Source: an uncultured virus (IMG/VR IMGVR_UViG_3300012984_000011) (lineage: Duplodnaviria > Heunggongvirae > Uroviricota > Caudoviricetes). From it: a DNA stretch of 64,000 nucleotides. The notes beneath the pieces are model-generated. The model saw only the letters and a program-made list of their open reading frames with translations, ran no database searches and was not told the origin of the DNA. The translations under genes were made by a program, and so were the position numbers. The stretch lies in the IMG/VR virus record IMGVR_UViG_3300012984_000011. One strand, written 5' to 3'. Shown here one piece after another: positions 27,797-39,889 of this stretch (its first letter is position 1; every line of letters starts with the position of its first letter).

Positions 27797-30700
27797 TCAG
27801 TGTAGCCCGCTTCTCCACACGGCATAGTTCTGACGGAGCCTCGTACCGCTCAAGGGTGTTGTTGAGATTAAGATTGGTACATTGGTGTCGTAGTTGAACA
27901 TATCCATACCAGCGACGTACATGTAGCCTAAGGAAAGGACTTCAATCCCACCACCGAGGTCGCAAGAGTTGCCAACGATAGTGGCAACTGTATTGTCGAC
28001 AGAGGGGTGCCCGACACGAATTTGGCTGTGTAGGTGCGGATAGTCCCCTTCGTCACAATGCTCGACATTGTTACCTAGGATGCGGGGGCCGATGTAGCTC
28101 CAAGCACTTGCCAGAACGTAGATCCCTGGAAGACTGCAGTTGTCGATGCGATTGTTAGAGATTTCGCAAGTACCACCGAACGTAGTGTTGGTCGATACAA
28201 GAACGCCGCATGCTATCCAAGAACTGATGGTGCAATCTCTCACAACCAAATTTATGGTGGTGGTGAGCGAATAGCAGGCTACCCCGTCACCATCTGTCGC
28301 TAGATTCAGATTACCTATCAGAGTACAACGCTCGATTGTTCTCCAGACAACGTTGTTGTCGCTGCCAACGAACACTCCGTTACCGATCGGGCAGTTGGAT
28401 GAAAGGATAGCGGTAGAATCTGACAACACCCAACCTTGCGGGTGGGCACCAGAGTCCGGAAAGGTGCATTCGCAGAAAACCCCACCATCGTTGGTGCTGG
28501 CTTGTGCTGCCGCCTCAAAGTTACCGTATGCGATCTTTGAATAGCGGGCCACATTTTTGGTCTTGTAGTTGACAGTTGGGTATAGGATGAACCGCCCTTT
28601 TGGATACGTACCCAAGCCGGTAGCTTGCCAATCGCCCTCTGCCTGTACATCCTCTACTTCGCAACGGTCAATACCGATGAATGCGAAGTCCGCCCTATCA
28701 GAGTCTTGGACCATACCTCCTAGGGTGATCCTTGATACTCTAGTGTTATGGGCGTACACCGTGAAGGCAGCCCACGCCCTAGAGTCCCCACCGTAACTGA
28801 TCTCGGATGCAGGAAGCCCATAATGGAGTGTTCCGTTGAACACTCCAGTGATGTCTGCCCAACCCATCCTAACGTTATTGATCAACACACTACGTATGCC
28901 GTTATTATCTACGGAAGTTGCCCAAGTCCTGGGTCCAATGTAGAAAGGGGTGTTGATACCGCTGTAGATGCTGGGACTTGCCAACCATTGCCCACCATTG
29001 ATTTCCAGATCAATGGTGGTGGCGGCTCCTCCAGTACCAGAACTAGTCAGATACATGAGGATCGCCCCACCAGCTCCACCACCCCCCACGATAGCGTCAG
29101 ACCATACGTTGCAATCCAAATACTTGACGTTGATTCGACTGGGGACCGAACCACCACCTGGGAATACATTCAGCACTCCGCTATTGGCGTTGGTTACGCT
29201 GTTGGAGACCGCCACACTATTGCCCGCGCAACGTAGAGTGCATCGTACGAAAGTCAGATCAACCCATGAGGAGTTGCTGCTTGGGCCGAAAGCAGTTAAC
29301 GTACGATCAACAACTCCTTGGAAAGTGCATTCCGAGAACACGAGATGCCCCAAATATCCGCCACTCCCACCACTGATGCTGATCAGGGGGTTAGCGTCAC
29401 TACTTTGAGCTTCGAAAGAAGTCCGTTCAATGACGGTCTTTAGACCTTTGGATTGACGCCAATCAAGGTAGCTGTTCTGCACATAGCAGTCTCGCATCCC
29501 AAGAACAGCGGCCGTAGAATTCATGATAGCAAACCCCAATGGGGTGCTGCCAGATCCTTGGAGCAACACATTCTCCAAGAACAGTGATCCAATTACTTCG
29601 AAGCCACCATTACCATTGATGTTCAGCTTCGAATTGTTGCTGGTTAGGTTGTAGCCAGATCCTCGGATCTTCAGAGTGCAGTCTGCAGGTATGATGAGAG
29701 TGCTGCCGGCCCCGTTGTTGATGTCGCAGCTAGCGACTTTCATCAAGAGGCTGAGCTGCCACGGAGTTCCAAGAGGGCCCACCACAGTGTTGGCATAGGT
29801 GACGGCATCTCGAACGGCAGACGCACCATTGAAATCGCCGAATGTAGTTGTGCCGTTACCGATCGTGAACTCCCAAAGATGAATGATTCCGATGGTTGAG
29901 GTAGACCCTACTGTACTGACCGTGATAGGAGACGTAGCCGCTACGGTTGAAGTTCCGCTGGCACCCGTTGGTCCAGTAGCACCAGTAGCCCCTGTGGCAC
30001 CAGTCGATCCTGTAGCTCCCGTTGCCCCTGTGGCACCTATGGGGCCCGTTGCACCTGTGGGTCCGATGGGACCTGTAGCCCCTGTCGGCCCCGTTGGACC
30101 TATTGGCCCCGTTGCGCCGGTCGCCCCAGTAGCTCCTGTGGCACCCGTGGCACCTGCAGGTCCAGTTGGTCCAGCAGGTCCCGTCGGGCCAGTTGCACCT
30201 GTGGTGCCTGCTCCAGTGGCGCCAGTCGCACCAGTGGGACCTGTAGGTCCGGTCGGACCAGCGGGTCCTGTGGGTCCAGCAGGTCCCACAACAGAGGAAG
30301 GGTTCCATCTAGAAAGCGAATTGCTCCAGGCAAGTACTTGCGTATCAAGAGCCCCGTCTTGTTGGATACCCACAAGAGAGACACTGTTGCGAATCGTAAG
30401 GGTTGCTCCGCCCGCTAGTGTGATGGCACCAACTGCCTTTGCGGAGGCGTGGCTCTCACCATCAATCGTCACAATCCCTGTCCCCGTGAACGTCACAGCT
30501 GAGTCGAATACGGTGTTCTCAATGAGAACGTTCGCTCCCACACCGATGCTGCCAGAAGCCAGGTGACAGTTATTTAGCTGCGAAGTCGCCGTAAACGACA
30601 CAGCACCAACCACGTAGTAGTTGGATGCTTGGATGGCACCAACGATCGATGCCGTTGACTTCAACGCACCATTAAGACCCGCCAGTGAACCGCCTAGTCC

Positions 30701-33700
30701 GTTTAGGATAAGGGTCCAGCGGTTGCCGGCAGTGGACGTCAGGCTCACAGCCCCATTGATATCTGTGTTGTTCAGGATCAGAGAACGTCCACCAGTTGGC
30801 GACGTGAAATCACCGCTCACCGTACCAGTAACGATCAGAGTCGTCAGGGTAACGGCCGCACCAGCACCACCCGTACACACGATGTTGCCGTTGATGGTAG
30901 TCCCCACCTCGGCCTCAGACCGGACCTCCCAAACACCAGTTGTTGGGAACGTGACGTTCTCAACTGTGGTCGAATACGGCGCCATAAAGATCAGCGCACC
31001 AGTCGAAGGAGCGGCCGCTATGGCGGTGGTGATGCTTGGATATGGGTTGGCTTGAGTGCCGTTCGAGAATCCAGTGTAGGCCGGATCTACGTAGAAAGTG
31101 GCGCCAAAACGAGCTGAGGTGAACGCAACTGCGGCAGGATCGTTCAGCAATACGAAAGCACAATCGGCATTAGGGTAGCTTCGAGGCACATTTGAATAGT
31201 TCAAATTGTGGCCCGTCATGGTGATCTGTTGAGTGGCCAGAATACCCAAACTTGTAACAGAGTCTGTGACGACGGTTGCCCCACTCGTCAGAGCGAAGCC
31301 AACCGCATAGTTGGTCCCAAACCCATATTGCTGACCAAATATTTGAATCCCACATCTAGGTCCGACCGTGATGGCTGTTGTGGATCCATTTCCGTTAACC
31401 CACTCACAATCAGCGATCGATAGATTGGCCGGCACAACAGCTGTAGTACCAGAGGCGTAGATCGAACCGCCGTTCATACAGTTGGCGACATAGATCTGTG
31501 TTGTCGAGTAAATCAACACTTGATTCTCGATCACACATCCAGCAAATACGGGCACCACGCCGCTGAACATCGACACGGGTTGAGTGCCTGTAATCTGGCA
31601 GTTTTGCAGCTGAACGTTACCAGAAACACGGGCCGTTACTGAGCCAGAATTGCCAATCTTGCATCCGACTAGTGCCAATGAGGCACTGCCCCCTACCTGA
31701 TTGACGATCTCTGCCCCGAAAGGCAAAATGGTGTCGTATACGTGAATCTGCCCACCAAGTGGATGACCGCTGGTTCGGATCTGGACACGATTGATCGTCA
31801 CCTGTAAGGTGTCCATCACCACTGTTGAGCTGAGGCCGACTGTCGTTTCGCTGAACGAGGTAGCGTTGAACCACTTCTTGACGAAAGCGTTAGTTGAGCT
31901 TGTCAGGCCAGTGATATAGCTGATTGCTCCTGTGGAGCCTCCCGAGGTGCTTCTAACACGAGCTTTGTCGATAAAAGTACCGGAGGCAGTTTGAATGGCA
32001 CCTCGGGTGGGAGTGGCAGATCCAACCGTGTTGGTCACACTAGACAGGGTGATCGGACTACTGGAGGTAAAGTCCCCCTTCACATCGAAGACGTAGTTTG
32101 AGCCAACGGGGATCGAGATGCTGAGCTCAAGAGCATTATAGGTACCGGCCGCAATGAACACGGTAGTGCTTTGAGCGGGGATGTACCAGGCCCCATTGGG
32201 GTTGAGACGATTCCGGAGCTCGTCAAGGCTCGCAAGAGCGGTACCGCTTGTCTTACCATCATTGTTGTCATTGCCCGTACTAGCGTTGATGTACCAAGCA
32301 GCTTGCGAAGAAGCGGTGGTGGTTCCGAAAGGAATTGGATTAGGATCATTCGCTAGAGCGAAGACACAATCAGCATTCGGATAAGACCTGGGCACATCCA
32401 CGTAGTTGAGATTCTTCCCAGCCATCGTGATCTGCTGAGTAGCAGGTATGCTCAGGATAGTGGTCGAATTGGTGACGACATGACCACCTGCCGTCACGTT
32501 GTAGCCGACCGCATAATTGGTGCCGAAGCCGAACTGCTGACCTGTGATTCTCAGATAGCTGCCAGGGAATACCGCGACAGCCGTTCCAGAGCCATTCACC
32601 CATTCGTTGTCGGTAAGTATGAGACTCGCTTGAAGAGCGGCAGTCGGATCTCCCAATTCAACACTACCTCCATTGAAGCAGTTGGCTTGAAATTCCGAGA
32701 CGTTGTTATAGATCAGTGCTTTGATCTCAAGCACACACCCTGCAAAAACGGGAGAACTTCCTTGAGCGAATCCCAAGACTTGAGTGCCGGTGAAACGGCA
32801 ATTCGCCATCTGTATGTTGCCTGATACTCGGCAGGCATTGGGGAGTGTCCCGCCGATCTGGCATTGAGAGAAGACAAATTGAGAACTGCCTCCCAAGAAT
32901 AAGCATTCCATACCGTTCGGTAGGATCGCATCTCTAACGGTGATCGCCCCGCTGAGGGGGTTCCCTACAGTGCGGATCTGGACCCGATTGATCGTCACCT
33001 GTAGGGTGTCAACCGTTACGGTCGTGCCGTTCACAATGTTGACTTGAGATGTAGAGGATTCTAGGTACCAGCTCTTGACGAAGGCATTGGTACTGCTCGT
33101 TAGACCTGTACAATAGGTGATGGCTCCAACGGAGGCACCTGAAGTTGAACGGATACGAGCCTTGTCGACGAACGTGCCCGAAGCGGTCTGGATGCTACCT
33201 CGGGTTGGCGTAGTTGAACCGACTGTGTTGGTCACACCTGAGAGGGTGATGGGGGCCGATGAGGTGTAGGCACACACCACCTCGAACGTGTAGTTTGAAC
33301 CAACGGGGATCGTCAGACTTAGTTCCAAGGCATCATAGGTACCAGCCGCCAAGTGAACGATTGTATTCTGTCTAACTGTGAGGGTGGTGCCGCCAGGACA
33401 TAGGATCGCTGCCAACCTCTCCGTTGTTCGGAGGGCAGTGCCGGCGGTCAGACCATCGTTGGAGTCGTTGCCGGTAGAGGCGTTGACGTACCAGTCCGTG
33501 GCCGTCTGTGCCGGGAACCCGTAGGGGATGCCTAGCGGGTCGGAGGCGAGGGCGAATATGCACTCTGAGTTCGGGTACGAGATCGGAACCTGGGCGTACG
33601 TGTGCTTGTGCCCGACCATCGTGATCTGCTGGGTCGCGAGGATCCCTAGGTAGGTGGACGAGGCCACAGCCACGGAGGTCTGCGCGGTCAGGGCGAATCC

Positions 33701-35137
33701 GACGGCGTACGGGGTCCCGAAGCCGAACTGCTGGCCCAAGATATACATCTGGCACCCGTAGTTCAGGGTCACGGCGGTTCCGGAGCCGTTCACCCACTCG
33801 GTGTCAGAGAGGCTTAGGCTCCCGGCACCAAACACGCCGGCCGGGTCGCCTCCGGTGACAGTCCCTCCGTTGAAGCAGCTCCCGACGGGGATGACGAGCG
33901 CGGTCAGGAAGGTTATGGGGCACTCGATGACGCACCCCTGCAAGACGGGGGATGAGTTGCCGTGAAAGGAGACCGCGAACGGTGAGATGCTCGCCCCGAC
34001 AAGACGGCTGTTCCGGGCCTGCATATTGCCGACGAGCTTGGTGTTCGTCGACGTCCCACCGCCGATCTGGCATTGCGACAGGTAGACGGCGGCGCTGCCG
34101 GCAGCAACGTTCACGAACTCGGCGCCGGCCGGCAGGATAGCGTCCCAAACACTCACAACGCCGCTGAGCGGATTGTTGGTGGTTCGAATTCGTAGGCGAT
34201 TGATCGTCACCTGTAGGGTGTCGATGACGACTGTCGTCCCGTTCGCGACGTTGACGATCCCTAAGCTGTTGGGGGAAGTCTCCTGAAACCAGGTTTTGAC
34301 GAAAGCGTTGGTTGAGCTGGTCAGGCCAGTCACGTAGGTGATTGCCCCAACAACCGCACCCGAGGTACTTCTGATTCTTGCCTTATCGACAAAGGTTCCA
34401 GCAGCTGTCTGGATGCTACCTCGGACAGGAGTCGCACTTCCAACTGTGTTGGTGACGCCACTCAGCGTGATGGATGCAGATGACGTGTAATCACACAGGA
34501 CCTTGAAGGCGTAATTTGAGCCAATCGGTATGTCTAGATCAATGTCAAAGAAGTTGTAGGTGCCGGCCGCAATATGGATTGTAGTGTTCTGCGCCAGAAC
34601 GAGCTTCGCCCCATTCGGGTTTAGACGTGCAGTCAGCTCTTCAACTGTAGCAAGAGGGTTGCCGACCTTACCATCATTGTTGTCGCTGCCCGTTGAAGCG
34701 TTGATGTACCAATCAGTCTGCAGTGCTAGGGAGTGACTGGCACTAAAGAATGTCCAGGTCGTTAGATCGCTGTTTAGAGAGTAGTAGACTTTGGTCAGCT
34801 TGCTGTAGACCAACATTCCCTCTCGCCTAGCCCCTGAGGGGATGGCGTTTCGAGCTGTGTTGTCAGCTACGATCATGAAGCTGGAATCACCCCCTATTGA
34901 TGTGATGGCCCAATCGGCATTTGTGAGACCCGCCCCCAATACATAGAATGTCCCATCATTGGTATGTACCAACATACCTTGTTTTCTAGAACTAGCTGGG
35001 ATCAAATCTCGTTCAGTAGTATCGGCTACCGCTACGAATCCGCCCAATACAGATGCGGCACGAACTGCCGCATTAGCGTCTCCAGGGACAGAGATTGGGG
35101 CAATAACTGTTACGTCACCAGGTTGATTGATACTCAT
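27797..35137 (-). CDS. giant tail fibre/adhesin-like protein (three ~400-aa repeats, collagen segment, beta-helix-like C-terminus)
   Basis: 2446-aa ORF; WY(I/V)NASTG.D.NDG x3; (GPT/GAT/GPA)n. Confidence 0.85.
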   Translation of the reverse strand: MSINQPGDVTVIAPISVPGDANAAVRAASVLGGFVAVADTTERDLIPASSRKQGMLVHTNDGTFYVLGAGLTNADWAITSIGGDSSFMIVADNTARNAIPSGARREGMLVYSKLTKVYYSLNSDLTTWTFFSASHSLALQTDWYINASTGSDNNDGKVGNPLATVEELTARLNPNGAKLVLAQNTTIHIAAGTYNFFDIDLDIPIGSNYAFKVLCDYTSSASITLSGVTNTVGSATPVRGSIQTAAGTFVDKARIRSTSGAVVGAITYVTGLTSSTNAFVKTWFQETSPNSLGIVNVANGTTVVIDTLQVTINRLRIRTTNNPLSGVVSVWDAILPAGAEFVNVAAGSAAVYLSQCQIGGGTSTNTKLVGNMQARNSRLVGASISPFAVSFHGNSSPVLQGCVIECPITFLTALVIPVGSCFNGGTVTGGDPAGVFGAGSLSLSDTEWVNGSGTAVTLNYGCQMYILGQQFGFGTPYAVGFALTAQTSVAVASSTYLGILATQQITMVGHKHTYAQVPISYPNSECIFALASDPLGIPYGFPAQTATDWYVNASTGNDSNDGLTAGTALRTTERLAAILCPGGTTLTVRQNTIVHLAAGTYDALELSLTIPVGSNYTFEVVCAYTSSAPITLSGVTNTVGSTTPTRGSIQTASGTFVDKARIRSTSGASVGAITYCTGLTSSTNAFVKSWYLESSTSQVNIVNGTTVTVDTLQVTINRVQIRTVGNPLSGAITVRDAILPNGMECLFLGGSSQFVFSQCQIGGTLPNACRVSGNIQMANCRFTGTQVLGFAQGSSPVFAGCVLEIKALIYNNVSEFQANCFNGGSVELGDPTAALQASLILTDNEWVNGSGTAVAVFPGSYLRITGQQFGFGTNYAVGYNVTAGGHVVTNSTTILSIPATQQITMAGKNLNYVDVPRSYPNADCVFALANDPNPIPFGTTTASSQAAWYINASTGNDNNDGKTSGTALASLDELRNRLNPNGAWYIPAQSTTVFIAAGTYNALELSISIPVGSNYVFDVKGDFTSSSPITLSSVTNTVGSATPTRGAIQTASGTFIDKARVRSTSGGSTGAISYITGLTSSTNAFVKKWFNATSFSETTVGLSSTVVMDTLQVTINRVQIRTSGHPLGGQIHVYDTILPFGAEIVNQVGGSASLALVGCKIGNSGSVTARVSGNVQLQNCQITGTQPVSMFSGVVPVFAGCVIENQVLIYSTTQIYVANCMNGGSIYASGTTAVVPANLSIADCEWVNGNGSTTAITVGPRCGIQIFGQQYGFGTNYAVGFALTSGATVVTDSVTSLGILATQQITMTGHNLNYSNVPRSYPNADCAFVLLNDPAAVAFTSARFGATFYVDPAYTGFSNGTQANPYPSITTAIAAAPSTGALIFMAPYSTTVENVTFPTTGVWEVRSEAEVGTTINGNIVCTGGAGAAVTLTTLIVTGTVSGDFTSPTGGRSLILNNTDINGAVSLTSTAGNRWTLILNGLGGSLAGLNGALKSTASIVGAIQASNYYVVGAVSFTATSQLNNCHLASGSIGVGANVLIENTVFDSAVTFTGTGIVTIDGESHASAKAVGAITLAGGATLTIRNSVSLVGIQQDGALDTQVLAWSNSLSRWNPSSVVGPAGPTGPAGPTGPTGPTGATGATGAGTTGATGPTGPAGPTGPAGATGATGATGATGATGPIGPTGPTGATGPIGPTGATGPIGATGATGATGSTGATGATGATGPTGASGTSTVAATSPITVSTVGSTSTIGIIHLWEFTIGNGTTTFGDFNGASAVRDAVTYANTVVGPLGTPWQLSLLMKVASCDINNGAGSTLIIPADCTLKIRGSGYNLTSNNSKLNINGNGGFEVIGSLFLENVLLQGSGSTPLGFAIMNSTAAVLGMRDCYVQNSYLDWRQSKGLKTVIERTSFEAQSSDANPLISISGGSGGYLGHLVFSECTFQGVVDRTLTAFGPSSNSSWVDLTFVRCTLRCAGNSVAVSNSVTNANSGVLNVFPGGGSVPSRINVKYLDCNVWSDAIVGGGGAGGAILMYLTSSGTGGAATTIDLEINGGQWLASPSIYSGINTPFYIGPRTWATSVDNNGIRSVLINNVRMGWADITGVFNGTLHYGLPASEISYGGDSRAWAAFTVYAHNTRVSRITLGGMVQDSDRADFAFIGIDRCEVEDVQAEGDWQATGLGTYPKGRFILYPTVNYKTKNVARYSKIAYGNFEAAAQASTNDGGVFCECTFPDSGAHPQGWVLSDSTAILSSNCPIGNGVFVGSDNNVVWRTIERCTLIGNLNLATDGDGVACYSLTTTINLVVRDCTISSWIACGVLVSTNTTFGGTCEISNNRIDNCSLPGIYVLASAWSYIGPRILGNNVEHCDEGDYPHLHSQIRVGHPSVDNTVATIVGNSCDLGGGIEVLSLGYMYVAGMDMFNYDTNVPILISTTPLSGTRLRQNYAVWRSGLH
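29954..30286 (-). repeat. collagen-like Gly-X-Y coding repeat
   Basis: about 36 triplets [12 protein letters not shown]. Confidence 0.9.
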
Positions 35138-36309
35138 GATACATTCACAGTTGTTGATCCGAGACCTACTGATACGCTCTCATAGAGATCGTAGTTCTCG
35201 ATGAATCCTTGGGCGTTTGTCACACTAATGCCTGTAGCTCGTTGGATGAACCCACCTGTGAACCCACCTACTGAGAAACTGGGAGTTCCATATCTGGTGG
35301 GACATGCGTAGTAGATCTTTGTGCCAGCCGTTGCGTTGACCGAAAAAGAAGCATTACGAGAAGTACTCAAAGCATTGCCAGCCAATCCTTCGATGAAGGT
35401 CTCAGTGTTGGCCGGCGTACTGCTGACTCCCCAGAAGTTCTTCTGACCCCATGTGATCGACGCATTGGCGGTAGCGTTGGCTGACCCCGACAATGTGGCG
35501 GTGATGGTGAAGGTGACCGATTGGTTGGGGACGTTCTTTTGGAAGCTGTGACTGCTTGAAAAGCTGTTAGGAGTACTGCTGACATCTTTCGATTCAGCAT
35601 CTGCGTTGTTGATCAACGTCACACTATCAGGAGCAGTGTTGTAGCTGGCCGAGAACGACGGATTGTTGATTATTTGGCCTGTTTCCAGCAAACCCACCGA
35701 TACGTTGAACCCAGTGATCACCAACCCTCCAGGGATTGACCATATGGGGGTGGTGCCGTTGTACCCAATGAATTTACCGATAGCTGGAGTGCCCGCTACA
35801 TTCAATTGTCGGGCAATCAAGTCATTCAGCAGACCGTCCGCATCAATACCGCCTGCCCAACCTCCTGATTGTCCTCCAAAGTTCATCTCATTCGGTTTGG
35901 CACCTGCGAGACTAGATTGAGGATCTGGTAGAGGTAAGGGGTAGATCTGGACTGGAGGGACGAACAGGTTGTTCAATTCCCGAACACTGAAGACTCGAAT
36001 ATCGATGTCAGGAATCCCCACCCTATTAGGGACGTTCCACACCTTGAGTTGAAAACGGTAACTACGCCTCACATTGGGCGTGAATGTGACAGTAGGAGTC
36101 GCACCATTGTCACTGAAAGCCAATGCGGTGGTGGCAGGAGTGGTACTGCCAGGAGCGGCGTACAGCAGATCAATCTGCCAACTCGCCACCCCTGTGTTGT
36201 CACTATTGGTGACCGTTACTAGTTGGCCCAGCACCCCTGCAAAGGCCTGTCCAGCCAAACCAGTTCCAACCGTAGCTTGTGCAAATTTAAGTAGGGCGGT
36301 AGCTGGCAT
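35134..36309 (-). CDS. putative virion structural protein (Ig-like, Ser/Thr/Gly-rich)
   Basis: 391 aa, ATGA-coupled to the fibre gene. Confidence 0.75.
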   Translation of the reverse strand: MPATALLKFAQATVGTGLAGQAFAGVLGQLVTVTNSDNTGVASWQIDLLYAAPGSTTPATTALAFSDNGATPTVTFTPNVRRSYRFQLKVWNVPNRVGIPDIDIRVFSVRELNNLFVPPVQIYPLPLPDPQSSLAGAKPNEMNFGGQSGGWAGGIDADGLLNDLIARQLNVAGTPAIGKFIGYNGTTPIWSIPGGLVITGFNVSVGLLETGQIINNPSFSASYNTAPDSVTLINNADAESKDVSSTPNSFSSSHSFQKNVPNQSVTFTITATLSGSANATANASITWGQKNFWGVSSTPANTETFIEGLAGNALSTSRNASFSVNATAGTKIYYACPTRYGTPSFSVGGFTGGFIQRATGISVTNAQGFIENYDLYESVSVGLGSTTVNVS

Positions 36310-36420
36310 AGATAGACCCGATCGGAACGCCCACTCCTTGGGTGGCTACATTCACGACATAACGGGTCTATAAGAACCTTACTGCTCACTCTAGCGGACC
36401 AGGACCCCTAGGATCTTTGA

Positions 36421-36449
36421 TGTAAGTATATGTAATACATATACTTACA
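36421..36449. repeat. 29-bp AT-rich palindrome
   Basis: TGTAAGTATATGTA-A-TACATATACTTACA. Confidence 0.9.
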
Positions 36450-36510
36450 CACATTCCGCTCTGGAATGATCACAACCACACTGTAACACAACTTGGTGTA
36501 AGCTGTCCGA

Positions 36511-36702
36511 ATGAAAGCTTTCCCTGCTAAGATCTCGTCCCCTTGGTTTAAGGCGTTGATCTTCACATCCTTGATGTTTCTGGTCGGATACTTGTGGATC
36601 TTGTTGGTGTGTGCTTACCCTAGCCTCGTCATTGTGAGCGCCGCAGTGGTTCTGTTTTTCCTCGTCCTGGCTATTGTGAAGTTCTGGCTCTTCGAATCCT
36701 AG
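36511..36702 (+). CDS. small membrane protein
   Basis: 2 TM segments; class B motif at 36495 (+16). Confidence 0.7.
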   Translation: MKAFPAKISSPWFKALIFTSLMFLVGYLWILLVCAYPSLVIVSAAVVLFFLVLAIVKFWLFES

Positions 36703-36712
36703 GCTTGAGTGA

Positions 36713-36970
36713 ATGGTCCCCTTCTATAGGCTATCTGGCCATTCCAAGCGACGCCACATGAGATTGGTCCGACGGGTCTTCTCCAAAGGATGGGTTTGGG
36801 TGCGCGGGGAATCGACCTTCCGGATGGTGGAACGACTCCACAAGGCCGGCCTGATTGAGGCGAGGATCTCAAAATGGAACCTGTTTGGTGTAGGGTGTAG
36901 GCCTTTCCGTGAGTTGGTCTTGACCGCCCCTGGCAAGGCTCCTTCTGGTTACCCTAAGTTGCCTCGCTAA
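36713..36970 (+). CDS. basic hypothetical protein, possible winged HTH
   Basis: RLHKAGLI...LTAPG. Confidence 0.5.
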   Translation: MVPFYRLSGHSKRRHMRLVRRVFSKGWVWVRGESTFRMVERLHKAGLIEARISKWNLFGVGCRPFRELVLTAPGKAPSGYPKLPR

Positions 36971-37070
36971 CATGTACCCCATCATCTTCAGCTCAGCCAC
37001 AGTGGTATTTTGCATCGTGTTGGTAGTGGGTGTACTTGGATGTCGCCTGCTAAAGATTTAGAGGAACACG

Positions 37071-37496
37071 ATGATTTTAGATGTTGATGACATCCAAAAG
37101 GCCTTGGTAGAGTCCGGGGCAGATCCGTCCAAGTCACCCGCGGATCAAATTCGTCACCTGCACGCACAGAATGTTACGCTCCAGAGGGCGTTGGACAATA
37201 TTCCGCTCCAATGCCTTGAATGTAACGGCGCCAAATTGGAAGAGAAGCTGGTCAGTAGGGAGACTGCTGTCTTTGCCAGCCAACCTTTCTCCTATGAGAC
37301 ATTAGCGACCGTATGCCTCGACTGTGGGTTCGGCTTCCTTGATTATCGTGCCGAGATGGCTGAGATGAAGGCGCGGGAGAAGTGGTTGGTTGATCGATTG
37401 GTGGCAGCTGAGATCGCTGCTTGTGTGCACCACCCTGTAGGTGGGAACGACCTGATCTGGTGTTCCAAATGTGGTACCGACATAGCAAAGGTATGA
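37071..37496 (+). CDS. Zn-finger protein
   Basis: CLEC...CLDCG...CSKCG. Confidence 0.7.
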   Translation: MILDVDDIQKALVESGADPSKSPADQIRHLHAQNVTLQRALDNIPLQCLECNGAKLEEKLVSRETAVFASQPFSYETLATVCLDCGFGFLDYRAEMAEMKAREKWLVDRLVAAEIAACVHHPVGGNDLIWCSKCGTDIAKV

Positions 37497-37497
37497 C

Positions 37498-37833
37498 ATG
37501 ATCGTAGCCGAACATCAGGACGGTCGAACGCTCTTGTTAGCCGAGGAACTCGACCTAAAGCCTTTGCTGAAGCAGAACGGCAAATGGGGGCCGGCCACTG
37601 TCTCAATCGAAGATATGAGCAACTTCGAAGCTATTGAGGATGTTCTGACAGGTTGGTTGATCCTTATTGAGGCCACCTACGGCTTTAACTTCCTCATCAA
37701 CAGAGAGACGTTGGTGGAGAAGGATGAGTTCAGGCGTATCATGAGGCGAGACGCCTCCTATCCTGAGATCCAGATGTGGAACGCTTTGGTGCCGCCAAAG
37801 GTCCGTCAATTGCTCAATACTTCGGTGTATTGA
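37498..37833 (+). CDS. hypothetical protein
   Basis: in gene string. Confidence 0.65.
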   Translation: MIVAEHQDGRTLLLAEELDLKPLLKQNGKWGPATVSIEDMSNFEAIEDVLTGWLILIEATYGFNFLINRETLVEKDEFRRIMRRDASYPEIQMWNALVPPKVRQLLNTSVY

Positions 37834-37838
37834 AGGCT

Positions 37839-38147
37839 ATGCAGCCTCATCTGGATCGGACCGAAGAAGAGAAAGTCAAACTGGCGACCGAGGTCATCAC
37901 CTATCTGAATGAGGTGTTGGCTCTTGACCCCGAGGCGATCACCAATCTCTGCGAACAGCGGGTGTTCGCCAATCCTGAATTGGTCAATCATCCCACCACA
38001 CAGATCGGAGCCTTGAGAGATAGCTCTCCGGCCGTAGGTTTGTTGGGGATCCTCAACGGCTTGATAGGAGTGCAACCACGCAATCAATGGGGTTACGTCT
38101 CGGCCGTCTACGAAGGTGATAAGATCTCACATTTCCAACTCACATGA
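37839..38147 (+). CDS. hypothetical protein
   Basis: class B motif at 37824 (+15) sets the start. Confidence 0.75.
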   Translation: MQPHLDRTEEEKVKLATEVITYLNEVLALDPEAITNLCEQRVFANPELVNHPTTQIGALRDSSPAVGLLGILNGLIGVQPRNQWGYVSAVYEGDKISHFQLT

Positions 38148-38488
38148 CTGGGCTGGACCTCCTGACCGAGCAACAGAAGGCGTGGCTCATCGGAGAGATT
38201 CGAGCCTACGCTTCTAGTTTGGAGCCTTTGGTAGATGGGATCCCCAACACCCCCAACTGGGGAAAAGCCGTTTTGAGGCAGGTCAGAGGACGAGCCGTCG
38301 TCAGTCCTGCTGGGGCACGTTTTGGATTGGTGCTGCCCGATCCCCTTCCCGACTGGTTGTTAACGCAAAATGTGGAAGAACTACAACGTTTCTACCTCTT
38401 CACTAGCTTGACGGAAGACTTGGACTTCGATCCTGTAGCGGTATATCCCAACCGCAAGTCCATTTGGCAACGTTTGGATGAGCTCTGA
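38144..38488 (+). CDS. hypothetical protein
   Basis: ATGA overlap. Confidence 0.7.
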   Translation: MTGLDLLTEQQKAWLIGEIRAYASSLEPLVDGIPNTPNWGKAVLRQVRGRAVVSPAGARFGLVLPDPLPDWLLTQNVEELQRFYLFTSLTEDLDFDPVAVYPNRKSIWQRLDEL

Positions 38489-38871
38489 TGCCAGATCCCG
38501 AAATACGCCGACATGCCAAGACGATGAACTTCGCAGACCCCATGGCGAGCTCCACTCCTCTATTCCGAAAACCCCAAGCCATGAAGCATTACTCCTATCT
38601 GAACCAAAAGGCCGAGAAGGGTTGGCTGCTTCATGAAGTGCACCGTCATCAGTTGACCGAGCGGTTGGAAGCGGACTTGACTAAACTCCAAGAGCTGAAG
38701 CTCCTGTCCGACCAAACCTTATTGGAAAAAGCCATTGAGGTTACCCCTGCTCTGGAAGGATTCCCTCTTGATAGAGTGGTTGAACTGCGAGAAGTGCTGG
38801 ACAATCGAGCTAAACACTTGCGAGAACGTCTGAGGCGAGTTCGTAGAGCCCAATATCAGAAAGAAACCTGA
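38488..38871 (+). CDS. hypothetical protein
   Basis: TGATG overlap. Confidence 0.65.
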   Translation: MPDPEIRRHAKTMNFADPMASSTPLFRKPQAMKHYSYLNQKAEKGWLLHEVHRHQLTERLEADLTKLQELKLLSDQTLLEKAIEVTPALEGFPLDRVVELREVLDNRAKHLRERLRRVRRAQYQKET

Positions 38872-38992
38872 TGTTCAAGAAGGTGTTAAACCGTATCTTA
38901 GGATTGTTCAAACGATTGGTGGGCGGGTGCCACGATACCTGTCAAGAGGCGGCCAAGCTGCATGAAAACGAACGTCGACATCGAGATGGCAG

Positions 38993-39379
38993 ATGACCTC
39001 CAGTGAAAAACTGCCTGTCAGCACCCCGATTATTGTTTTGAGTGCAGATCCCACAGCCGCTCCGACCATTGGTTGGTGTGTAAAGGAGTATATGGGATCT
39101 CCTATCCACCTGATGGTTGAAGGTGTGCCAGACGTCGAACATACGATTCCAGCCACGCAGGATCTTTTGAAAGGGATGGAGGTGGCTTGCCCTAGCCTGT
39201 GGGACGGATATTTTGTATGTAGAGTCGAGTTCGATGATCGAGGGGCGCCGGTCCTGTTGACTAAGGGTCAAAAGTTGATGGTTGTCTTGCATCGTGGTGG
39301 GGACGACCGAGAGTGCTGGGTTACTGGCGGTTACATCAACACCCTAGGGTTGAAAAAATTGAGCATTGACGGTGTATGA
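38993..39379 (+). CDS. hypothetical protein
   Basis: 128-aa ORF. Confidence 0.65.
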   Translation: MTSSEKLPVSTPIIVLSADPTAAPTIGWCVKEYMGSPIHLMVEGVPDVEHTIPATQDLLKGMEVACPSLWDGYFVCRVEFDDRGAPVLLTKGQKLMVVLHRGGDDRECWVTGGYINTLGLKKLSIDGV

Positions 39380-39385
39380 ACATCA

Positions 39386-39640
39386 ATGCACGAAATAACC
39401 AAACTGCTGCTTGAAGCTCCTGACAGCTGGCTTGATCGGTGCGTCATGCCTCTCATATGCACTTGGGAAGGCAAACCTTCCGCCATCCAGCTGCTGGAAT
39501 TGTTGGATCGCTGCATCCATGGAGCGTTGGCCTCCGACACCATGGTCTTGGTACTTCAAATGTTCTACAATCAAGCCCTGAAAGACGAAGGGCTCACACA
39601 CGAACAGCTCGTACCTCAAGCCACTTGGAGACAATTATGA
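39386..39640 (+). CDS. hypothetical protein
   Basis: class B motif at 39371 (+15). Confidence 0.75.
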   Translation: MHEITKLLLEAPDSWLDRCVMPLICTWEGKPSAIQLLELLDRCIHGALASDTMVLVLQMFYNQALKDEGLTHEQLVPQATWRQL

Positions 39641-39885
39641 AGAAACTACTGCTCACCTTGATCTGCGTTCTGCCACTTCTTTCCTGTACGAACGAGGACG
39701 CCACCGTCAGAACTTTGACGGATGCTGGTTACAGTGAAATAAAAACCACTGGTTATGCCTTCTGGTATTGTAGCGACAACGATCACTACCACACTGGATT
39801 CCAAGCCAAGAACCCTCGGGGTATGATAGTGGAAGGGGCCGTCTGTTGCGGCCTTATGACCAAAGGGTGTACGATACGGTTCTAG
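39637..39885 (+). CDS. small phage lipoprotein
   Basis: MKKLLL...LLSC; GAVCCG..KGCTIRF; ATGA overlap. Confidence 0.8.
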   Translation: MKKLLLTLICVLPLLSCTNEDATVRTLTDAGYSEIKTTGYAFWYCSDNDHYHTGFQAKNPRGMIVEGAVCCGLMTKGCTIRF

Positions 39886-39889
39886 ACCT

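Noticed and set aside
29856..31055. ORFs 29883..30566(+), 29856..30308(-) and 30621..31055(+) with PVAPV or HR/HW repeats
   Set aside because: Antisense or alternate-frame shadows of the collagen and fibre coding sequence
31000..34750. Fibre repeats as a diversity-generating retroelement template/variable repeat pair
   Set aside because: Repeats are in-frame 1.2-kb domains diverged at all bases, not adenine-specific, and no reverse transcriptase is in the window
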